In this document: positions 9,999 through 17,048 of the stretch, piece after piece
Position numbering within the stretch: position 1 is the stretch's first letter
Layout of the letters: the number at the start of each line of letters is the position of its first letter
Assembly: GCA_051867975.1 (NCBI GenBank)
Contig: JBJDZM010000010.1
Coordinates: 1,848 to 65,847 of the forward strand
Reading direction: 5' to 3'
Length of the DNA stretch: 64,000 nt
DNA from: Eubacteriales bacterium
GTDB lineage: Bacteria > Bacillota > Clostridia > Oscillospirales > CAG-272
Made by a program: the position numbers and the translations under genes
The notes under the pieces: generated by a model
Told to the model about the DNA's origin: nothing
What the model saw: only the letters and a program-made list of their open reading frames with translations
The model's database searches: none

Positions 9999-11602
9999 CT
10001 AAAAGGGCAATATGGAGTTTATTTCAAAAATAACATTTAAAAGGAACGCTCGCATACGTGTTTCTTTCAAATTTACAACACGGATGTTCATATCAAACAA
10101 ATCTTTATTCAGATATTTTTTCATATCCAAATGATGTTGATCTGAAATGCGTTTTTCCAGCGGAACACGGAACATAAGGTCAAAAAATCTTCGGTTATTG
10201 TAAATGAAAGTAATATCAAAACAGTACTTCATCTCCGTAATGTTCAAGCCGCCCCAACTTCCCCATGTTACTTCGTTATAATGCATATCAGCAGGTGGGT
10301 ATGCAGAAGGAATTTTATCATACTCAAAATCAATAATATAATTTGCAAATAACTTATCAATTTTATGTGCCAACGAACGGTTGCAAATGAAAATCTTATA
10401 TAAGTTTCGGAACAGTTTAGGTGAAAGCTTCGGAAAGGATTTTCTTCCGTAGTGCTTATACCAATAGGCGCGAATCGTCTCCGAAACCCACGATTTTACC
10501 TCCACATCACATTCCGTATTATCGCGCAGATAAAATTTCTTTCTTGCTTCATTATCATAAAGTTCAGCAACATATCCGTTATTATGCCTAAAGAGTTCTC
10601 TGCGTTCTTCAAAATCTTTAAGTTCATCATTTTGCGAAGGAATCTGATATTCGTGATGTTTCAGACCGAATTTTTCCGAAATTTGCTTTGCCGCAGCAGC
10701 ATCGGGTATTTCTTTTTCGGCAGAAATATAACTGAATGTTTCAAATTTGTTATAATTTCCGTTAGCGGAAGCAAAGGTTGTATTGCTGTCAATACCGCCC
10801 GTTAAAGAAATCCACGGATGTTTCCACTTATGCGAAACTAATGTCATATTATTTTTTAAAATTTCTGCCGCTGCTTCAATTACCTTTTGATATTCATCTT
10901 CATTAGTTGCCGCCGAAAGTTCACGCAACGGCCAATACCGCTTATGAGTGATATTGCCGTTACCGTATGTATACATTATGCTCGGAACAATACGCCGTAA
11001 CTTTGAAAACGGTGTTAAATCCGCCGGCAGATAAGGTCCCATTACACGTCCGTACCATTTGTAATTAACCAATTCTTTCACAAAAGAATCCATTTCCAGA
11101 CCGCATAAGTCCCCTATTAGTTGAGCATGGGAAGAAAGATAAAAAACTCCGTTTACAACCCCGCTGCACGCCGACTGCATTCCGGACGGATCAACAAGAT
11201 AACGGAGTTCGCCGTCTATTAAGTCGCCGTATACAAAAACGCCGGTAAGGTTATTTATTTGTTCTATATAATCATCTGTACCGTATGAGAGTGAATTATA
11301 CGCTTGAGAATTTTATCTTCCTCATATTCCATACTAAACGGATTATATGCGTGTCCCAAAATAAAAAAACAGTTTCCGTTTTCATCTTCATAGATATGCA
11401 TTCCGGTTAAATTATGAGCCATAAAGCAGTAGTTACCGTGTTTTTCGATTTTCCAATTTCCGTAAAACGGGAAACCGTTTAAATCGGTTTGCTCCTTATC
11501 CGTAATCAGAAATCCGCGAATAAACAAATCATTTTTTAAATAAGGTTTGCTTTCCAGTATTGTTTTTATATCTTTCACTGCCATAATCAATTTCCCCATC
11601 AA
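9999..11602 (-). pseudogene. asparagine-synthase-like PP-loop amidoligase, interrupted by a 1-nt frameshift (ORFs 11264..11602 and 9999..11180)
   Basis: PP-loop motif ISLTGGIDSNT in the 393-aa ORF. That ORF's frame stays open upstream to 11312 and reads NSQAYNSLSYGTDDYIEQINNLTGVFVYGDLIDGELRYLVDPSGM. The 112-aa ORF ends ...FILGHAYNPFSMEYEEDKILKR. Adding one A to the A4 run (plus-strand tttt at 11311-11314) joins them as EEDKNSQAYNSL. Confidence 0.55.
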
Positions 11603-12498
11603 TATTTATTTAAATTTTTTAATATTAAATTATATAGTCGCACTTGATTCCCATCTCCAACAAAACTGTTATGCGGGGTAATAATTACATTTTCCATATT
11701 CCAAATAGGACTGTTTTCGTCAAGCGGTTCTTCTTCAAAAACATCAAGCACTGCACCGCCGATTTTAGGCAGAACTTCAATCATAGCCGCCGTATCAACT
11801 ACCGCACCGCGCGCAATATTAACAATTACTGCGCTATCCTTCAAAACAGAGAACCGAACTTCGTTCATTAAGTGCTTGGTCTTATCTGTCAAAGGTAATG
11901 TGAGTATAATCACATCTGCTTTAGTAAGCTCCGTATCCAATTCCGAAAGGCTTACTATTTTTTCGTAGTATTCATCTTTTCTCGGAACTAAGTCGACACC
12001 TGTCAATTTACAACCGAATGCCCGAAATCGTTTAGCACATTCTGTACCGACGCTGCCGCAGCCGACGACACATACATTTTTTCCATAAAGCTCCAGCAAT
12101 CCACGGTGTTTTTCCCATTTATGTTGCTTTTGGTTCCCGCCGAAAAAACGCATCCGCTTATACAATTGGAGAACGCCGGTTATTGCAAATTCTGCCATGG
12201 GAATACTGTAAACACCACGTGCGTTATGTATTTCAATTCCGTGCGCTTTTACATAGTCCATAGGGACACGGTCAAACCCTGCGCTTGTAAGCTGAATATA
12301 GCGTAGCGATGTAAACTGTTCTATCGGGTGACTCAAAAAAATGCCGTTCCCGATAATGCCTTCAACCCAACCGGCTTCACATGGTAACGGTGACTTTTCC
12401 TGCTGCATAAAAACCACATTGTGACCACGCTCACGCAACATATTCAATTCATTTTCCGTACAATCAAATGCTCCGGTCACAAGTAGGTTCATTTTCAC
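11599..12498 (-). CDS. D-isomer-specific 2-hydroxyacid dehydrogenase family protein
   Basis: NAD fold VCVVGCGSVGTECAKRF, then ARGAVVD and ITPHNS (catalytic His region). The stop overlaps the next gene. Confidence 0.85.
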   Translation of the reverse strand: MKMNLLVTGAFDCTENELNMLRERGHNVVFMQQEKSPLPCEAGWVEGIIGNGIFLSHPIEQFTSLRYIQLTSAGFDRVPMDYVKAHGIEIHNARGVYSIPMAEFAITGVLQLYKRMRFFGGNQKQHKWEKHRGLLELYGKNVCVVGCGSVGTECAKRFRAFGCKLTGVDLVPRKDEYYEKIVSLSELDTELTKADVIILTLPLTDKTKHLMNEVRFSVLKDSAVIVNIARGAVVDTAAMIEVLPKIGGAVLDVFEEEPLDENSPIWNMENVIITPHNSFVGDGNQVRLYNLILKNLNKY

Positions 12499-12501
12499 CC
12501 C

Positions 12502-13329
12502 TCATACGATAATCGTTTTAACTGCTTTCTCTAATTCAATTTTATTGTTGATAAAATAACCGATATGCCTCTCACATTCCGCTTCAAATTCTCGTATTTC
12601 CCTCATGCCGTTTACGAAGGTTGAGCTGATAACACCCATATGGTTTATCTTATTTACATTACAAAAACTACGGGATAATATGGCGCATGTTGAGCCGAGT
12701 CGGTAATGCTCTTTTATAATCATCTCAGCGGGAACCATTCCTTGTCCGAGCGAAGCAATTCCACCAAAGCCGTACGGTATATTCTTCTCTCGTATTTTCG
12801 TACACAGCCGTTCAACCGTTCCATCGGTTAACAGTTCAAACATGAACTTCTTTCCGTACCCCAAACTCAGGTCATTGAGCCCGATATGGATCGAGTCTAT
12901 TCCGCCAAGACGCAATATTTCGTTCAGAATTTCCACAGACTCGGGCGTTTCAAGCAACAACATTGTCTTTGCGCGTCCGTTCACGGCTGAAAGAAATCGT
13001 TTTACCTCATCCACTGTTCTGAAAAACGGAAGCATAACTATATCGGCGCCGTTTTCAATCGCCGTGCCGATTTCTTCTTCCGAAGAAACATATTCGTCCG
13101 TCGCATCATGAATAGGATTTACACGCACAAGCAATTCCGCAGTTGTAATAGCGTCGGAAATCACTTTGACGTCATCAAGTGTGTGGCGCGACTGAACGGT
13201 GTCCATGCCACCCTGACGCTCTGCCTTTCCAATATATTCAAGGTCAACAAAAATCCTATCCACACCAGCCGTCTCAGCAATTTGTGCAATTTCCGGGCGG
13301 TTGGTTATGTACATAAGCTTTAACGCCAT
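12502..13329 (-). CDS. HpcH/HpaI aldolase / citrate-lyase-beta-like family protein
   Basis: TIM-barrel aldolase-like pattern: VDRIFVDLEY...VRVNP...GADIVMLPFFRTVDEVKRFL...LLLETPESVE...IDSIHIGLNDLS. Confidence 0.65.
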   Translation of the reverse strand: MALKLMYITNRPEIAQIAETAGVDRIFVDLEYIGKAERQGGMDTVQSRHTLDDVKVISDAITTAELLVRVNPIHDATDEYVSSEEEIGTAIENGADIVMLPFFRTVDEVKRFLSAVNGRAKTMLLLETPESVEILNEILRLGGIDSIHIGLNDLSLGYGKKFMFELLTDGTVERLCTKIREKNIPYGFGGIASLGQGMVPAEMIIKEHYRLGSTCAILSRSFCNVNKINHMGVISSTFVNGMREIREFEAECERHIGYFINNKIELEKAVKTIIV

Positions 13330-13970
13330 TATTTATTTACCTTCTCTTTCTCTTCAGCTGTATCGGGATTTACAACCGTTGCCCCCGTATTTTCGTTGTA
13401 TGCATTCGAAATTACTTTCCAAACAGTGAGCCACATTATCTTCAAATCCAGCCATAAAGATACGTGGTCAACATACCAAACATTCAGTTCTATTCGGCGA
13501 TGCCACTCAACCTCTTTACGACCGTTCACCTGCGCCCAGCCTGTAATACCGGGGCGAACATCGAACATCCTGCGCTGTTCGTCTGTATACTCCTCAATCG
13601 GCCAAGGATGATATGTAAGGGGCGGGCGCGGTCCGACAAAGCTCATGGTTCCGACAAGGATATTAAAGAACTGAGGAATTTCGTCCAAACTCGTTTTGCG
13701 CAAAATATTTCCGACGCGGGTGACACGAGGATCTCCTTTGCCCGAATACACTCCCGAGCCGTTTTGCTCAGCCCCTACACACATTGACCTGAATTTCCAA
13801 ATCTCATAAACCTTACCCTTGTATCCGATTCGTTTCTGTTTAAAAAGAACCGGTCCGGGGGAATCAAGCTTTATTGCAATGGCAATGATAATCATTGGAA
13901 TCGCACAAATTATCAGGCCGATCAATGACAGAATGATATCGAATAATCTCTTGAAGAAATGCTTATACAT
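13329..13970 (-). CDS. small phosphoglycosyl transferase (bacterial sugar transferase, undecaprenyl-phosphate hexose-1-P transferase); first gene of the EPS operon
   Basis: One N-terminal TM segment, then DSPGPVLFKQKRIGYKGKVYEIWKFRSM...SLDEIPQFFNILVGTMSFVGPRP...RPGITGWAQV. Confidence 0.9.
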   Translation of the reverse strand: MYKHFFKRLFDIILSLIGLIICAIPMIIIAIAIKLDSPGPVLFKQKRIGYKGKVYEIWKFRSMCVGAEQNGSGVYSGKGDPRVTRVGNILRKTSLDEIPQFFNILVGTMSFVGPRPPLTYHPWPIEEYTDEQRRMFDVRPGITGWAQVNGRKEVEWHRRIELNVWYVDHVSLWLDLKIMWLTVWKVISNAYNENTGATVVNPDTAEEKEKVNK

Positions 13971-14403
13971 AGTTTACCTCACATAAAATCATCAAAGTCA
14001 TAAAGTGTACCATCAGTCGGTACGTATACTCATTTCACTAACGGTATTTTTCATTTATTAAAATTGGTTTTTAAAGGATTTCCCGAACAGGAGAGCAAGC
14101 GAACCTTTTTCACGTTGTATCACACAACTTAACGCAATTCTTCCGTGCGGTCAGATGGACAGCAGTCATCTTCACTGCTTTTCGGAGCATAGCAACGGCT
14201 GACTTGAACGCTTCCCTGTTGCCGTTCTGCGCGCAACGAGGTTCATTTAATCGAGCGACACTTCCTAAAGTCAAAGTTCATTCAAACTGTTCTCTTTTCT
14301 GTGCAAGCGCTCCGCTTTCGCAAGAAATCAGCACGGTTCAGAATGTGGCGAAGATTAGCACCATCAAACGGGGAAGATGACACATACACCCCCCGTTTGA
14401 CTG

Positions 14404-14480
14404 TGGCCTACCCGAACGGATTCGAACCGTTGACCTTCAGAGTCGGAGTCTGACGCGCTATCCAGCTGTGCCACGGGTAG
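14404..14480 (-). tRNA. tRNA-Arg (anticodon CCG), CCA encoded
   Basis: Folded by hand. Acceptor CTACCCG/CGGGTAG, anticodon stem TCAGA/TCTGA, loop CTCCGAC, T-arm AACGG-TTCGAAT-CCGTT, then G-CCA. The D-stem has one A-C mismatch. Confidence 0.85.
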
Positions 14481-14822
14481 ATATGTACCGTGAGGTGAAG
14501 ATAATCAAAGGCATTTTTGCGCAAATCACCCACGGTAACCGATGTCAATTGTGTAAAAAAGCACCTTGAAGTATATTCTATCACAAAACGAGCCGATTGT
14601 AAAGTAAAAATATCTTTTTTCTTTTAGAAAATATATAATAATTTGAAAAGTTTTAAAAAAATTTACAATATCGAGTCCCGTCGACATTTTTAGTAAAAAA
14701 CCAAAGATCCGGCTAAGGTCAAAAGCCTTACCGTCGGCGGAAGCCCCCAAGACCCGAGTCGATACGGCAAGGCAGATGCGCGGCAGGACGCGAGCATTTC
14801 CCAAATCCCCAATAACGAAAAA

Positions 14823-14863
14823 ATCAGGACAAACCGACCGATCATCGGTCGGTTTGTCCTGAT
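14823..14863 (-). terminator. rho-independent terminator after the SDR gene
   Basis: atcaggacaaaccgaccgat / atcggtcggtttgtcctgat forms a roughly 19-bp stem. A T-run follows on the minus strand (plus-strand A-run at 14815-14822). Confidence 0.8.
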
Positions 14864-14868
14864 GGGGT

Positions 14869-15669
14869 TTACCAGGTACGGGACTTCATCTCTTTGAACT
14901 GCGCAACGGTGGGAACGTGAGAGTTCAGACCGCCGTCCACGTTGACGATCTGTCCTGTGACATAAGTGCTTTCATCGGATGCGAGATATACGCACATATG
15001 TCCGATGTCCTCGGGACAACCGTAACGGTTGACCATGATGTTGCTCAAGAAAATGTCCTTGAGAACCTGAGGAACATATGCCTCGTTCTGAGGTGTCACG
15101 ATAAGACCGGGACGGACACAGTTGCAACGGATATTCTTCTTGCCACATTGCAGAGCGGTGTACTCGGTCAACTTATCAACGCCAGCCTTTGCGCATGCAT
15201 ATGCGGTGGAGCCGAGGTCACCCGAGCAGGATGCCATGGAGCCTATGTTGATAATGGAGCCGCCGCCGTTTTTCTCCATGTAAGGAAGAACGCACTTGGT
15301 GGCATAGAAGGTACCCCTGATATCGCTCTGGAAAATTGCGTCCCACATTTCCAAAGTCAGCTCTTCTACACTGCCGTCTTTAAGCGCAACGTTTGCGGCG
15401 TTGTTGACCAGAATGTCAATCTTGCCGTACTTTGCCTCAGTGTCAGCAAAAAGCTGCTCGATGCTCTCGATGGCGGTGATGTCCATGAAATGATAGCTTG
15501 CTTCTCCGCCTGCCTTCACGATCTCATCTACGACCGCCTGTCCCTTTTCCTGTCTGCGTCCGCAGATGACGACCTTTGCGCCCTCAGCCGCATACAATTT
15601 TGCGATGCCGATTCCGATACCGCTCGTGGAGCCGGTAACGATGGCAACCTTGTCTTTTAATCTTTCCAT
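14869..15669 (-). CDS. SDR-family oxidoreductase (FabG/glucose-1-dehydrogenase-like)
   Basis: KVAIVTGSTSGIGIGIAKLYAAEGAKVV (TGxxxGxG), NNAA, and Y-x3-K (YACAKAG). Confidence 0.9.
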   Translation of the reverse strand: MERLKDKVAIVTGSTSGIGIGIAKLYAAEGAKVVICGRRQEKGQAVVDEIVKAGGEASYHFMDITAIESIEQLFADTEAKYGKIDILVNNAANVALKDGSVEELTLEMWDAIFQSDIRGTFYATKCVLPYMEKNGGGSIINIGSMASCSGDLGSTAYACAKAGVDKLTEYTALQCGKKNIRCNCVRPGLIVTPQNEAYVPQVLKDIFLSNIMVNRYGCPEDIGHMCVYLASDESTYVTGQIVNVDGGLNSHVPTVAQFKEMKSRTW

Positions 15670-15727
15670 AATTCAACCTCCTGAATCATTCTTGATTTGT
15701 AATTTTTGATATCATGTTTTTAGTGTC

Positions 15728-15755
15728 ATTTCCGGAAACGGCTGATTCCGGAAAT
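15728..15755. promoter_or_regulatory. inverted repeat ATTTCCGGAA-N8-TTCCGGAAAT in the SDR upstream region
   Basis: Read directly from the sequence. Each arm contains the palindrome TTCCGGAA. It lies 60-85 nt upstream of the SDR start. Confidence 0.4.
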
Positions 15756-15970
15756 CGTATGGATTACTTTGGTATAGACTACGTTATATTATAGCATATC
15801 TTTTGAAAAATAGCAAGATTTTTAAAAAATTTTTTTATAAGCGCTCTGCATATTTAAGAGGATATGTCCGGATTTGTATAAAAATATGATATTCATTGAA
15901 TTTTTATTGATAAATCGGGGCATATCTATTTACAACGAAGAAATTTTTTTGAAAAAGTTAAAATTAGGTA

Positions 15971-15999
15971 TTGACAACGGCAAGGATTTCTGCTATAAT
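15971..15999 (+). promoter_or_regulatory. sigma-A type promoter of tRNA-Gln
   Basis: TTGACA (15971-15976), 17-nt spacer, TATAAT (15994-15999), about 18 nt before the tRNA 5' end. Confidence 0.8.
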
Positions 16000-16017
16000 A
16001 CAGAACGTTGAAAATAT

Positions 16018-16093
16018 TGGGGCATCGCCAAGCGGTAAGGCAACGGACTCTGACTCCGTCATTACCGGGGTTCGAATCCCTGTGCCCCAGCCA
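16018..16093 (+). tRNA. tRNA-Gln (anticodon CTG), CCA encoded
   Basis: Acceptor TGGGGCA/TGCCCCA (the U1-A72 pair is typical of bacterial tRNA-Gln), anticodon stem ACGGA/TCCGT, loop CTCTGAC, T-arm CGGGG-TTCGAAT-CCCTG, then G-CCA. Confidence 0.9.
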
Positions 16094-16096
16094 AAA

Positions 16097-16134
16097 ACAT
16101 CAGAGAGGACGCTCGCGTCCTCTCTGATGTTTTA
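16097..16134 (+). terminator. rho-independent terminator after tRNA-Gln
   Basis: acatcagagaggacg-ctcg-cgtcctctctgatgt forms a 15-bp stem and is followed by tttt. Confidence 0.85.
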
Positions 16135-16233
16135 GCCTGACCTCACGATTCTGAACCCCCTCCGAATTGCCTGCAATTCGGATTAATTTGCGCTCAAAAC
16201 CCTTAGACCGAGGTTATGCCTCGGCGCAAATGT

Positions 16234-16255
16234 GGGTTCTGAATCCCTGTGCCTC
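16234..16255 (+). repeat. degenerate duplicate of the tRNA-Gln 3' end (att-like scar)
   Basis: gggttctgaatccctgtgcctc compared with the tRNA's gggttcgaatccctgtgcccc: one inserted t and one substitution. Confidence 0.6.
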
Positions 16256-16458
16256 TAACCGTTTTAGTTCGAGCCTCACAATTTCTTCGAAGTTGATGAT
16301 ATACACGGCTTCACCGTGATGGGGATGCGTAAGGCTAAAATCACTTTACAAACTAAAAATTTTTATAAAATACACAGCGTGAAGTCGAACTTTATCAAAG
16401 CCAACTTACTGTGAACCGGATATAATAATTCCGGCAAGAAAGGAAAAGGAGAAAGCAA

Positions 16459-16941
16459 ATGAATAGTGGAAACTTCTTGTCTGATGTATTGGAAACCTCC
16501 GCAGAAAAAGAGGAATCAGACCTGCCGCACAAAGAATTTGTTATGCGTACAGGTAAACTGTTAAAGATTTTATTGACAATTGCGGTAATTGCATCCTTTG
16601 GGATTGGCTTACCGATGTTTTTTCTGTTAGACCGTGGTATTGCGTTATTGTTGTTGATTCCGGGGGGCTGCGGCGCTTTGGTACTCCCTTCTCTGCTATC
16701 ATATCGTTGTAAAGTTGATAAAATTTCCATAAAGGAAGAATATTGGGTTCTTTTCATTAAAGTCGAAAAGGAAGTTCTTTGGGATGATATTAAATTCAAG
16801 AAAGTCACAATCGGGAATAATAAATCTATTAAGCTTTACGACGAAAACAAGAAAAAATTATTGTCATTTGACGGTGCAACCGTTGGATTTAATAGAATTG
16901 TCAAAATGGCAAATCGAAGCACAATACAAAAGTTGAAATAA
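16459..16941 (+). CDS. hypothetical membrane protein (2 TM plus a C-terminal soluble domain)
   Basis: RBS aaaaggaga 7 nt before the ATG. Hydrophobic segments LLKILLTIAVIASFGIGLPMFFLL and IALLLLIPGGCGALVLPSLL. No family was recognised. Confidence 0.5.
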   Translation: MNSGNFLSDVLETSAEKEESDLPHKEFVMRTGKLLKILLTIAVIASFGIGLPMFFLLDRGIALLLLIPGGCGALVLPSLLSYRCKVDKISIKEEYWVLFIKVEKEVLWDDIKFKKVTIGNNKSIKLYDENKKKLLSFDGATVGFNRIVKMANRSTIQKLK

Positions 16942-16985
16942 TGCAACTTCCAAACACACAAACTATTTGAAAAACTCCTGTTTAC

Positions 16986-17030
16986 AAAAAACCGCCGTCG
17001 GCAAAATCGTGTTTCCGACGGCGGTTTTTT
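16986..17030. terminator. bidirectional terminator between convergent genes
   Basis: aaaaaccgccgtcgg...ccgacggcggtttttt. Confidence 0.8.
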
Positions 17031-17048
17031 CGGTTCTATAGTAGTATG

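Noticed and set aside
13971-14403. c-di-GMP riboswitch, T-box or Bacillus-type scRNA in the EPS leader
   Set aside because: CCGTGCT and GCACGG resemble the scRNA ends, but no GEMM (GGCAAA...ACGCAAAGC), T-box (AGGGTGGNACCGCG) or SRP domain IV consensus could be found by eye. It is reported only as an unclassified structured leader.
14526-14804. 92-aa minus-strand ORF between tRNA-Arg and the SDR gene
   Set aside because: It has no RBS and crosses an AT-rich promoter-like tract containing the probable tRNA-Arg promoter (TTTACA-17-TGA-TAGAAT on the minus strand, around 14560-14595). It is likely non-coding.
14700-14815. Possible SRP (4.5S) RNA, because CAAGGCAGATG matches the E. coli 4.5S segment and there is a GGC-GGAA-GCC tetraloop hairpin
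   Set aside because: The diagnostic helix-8 motif (GGAAGCAGC opposite AGG, symmetric loop) is absent, and the flanks do not form the long closing helix. It remains an unexplained GC-rich patch in an AT-rich spacer, but there is not enough evidence to call it an ncRNA.
14917-15660. 247-aa plus-strand ORF
   Set aside because: It is exactly antisense to the well-supported SDR gene. Its composition (Ala/Gly/Val/Cys-rich) is typical of the reverse frame of GC-rich coding DNA. It has no RBS.
16395-16808. 137-aa minus-strand ORF
   Set aside because: It overlaps the plus-strand membrane-protein ORF, which has an RBS, TM segments and a terminator. The minus-strand ORF has no RBS and an odd composition.
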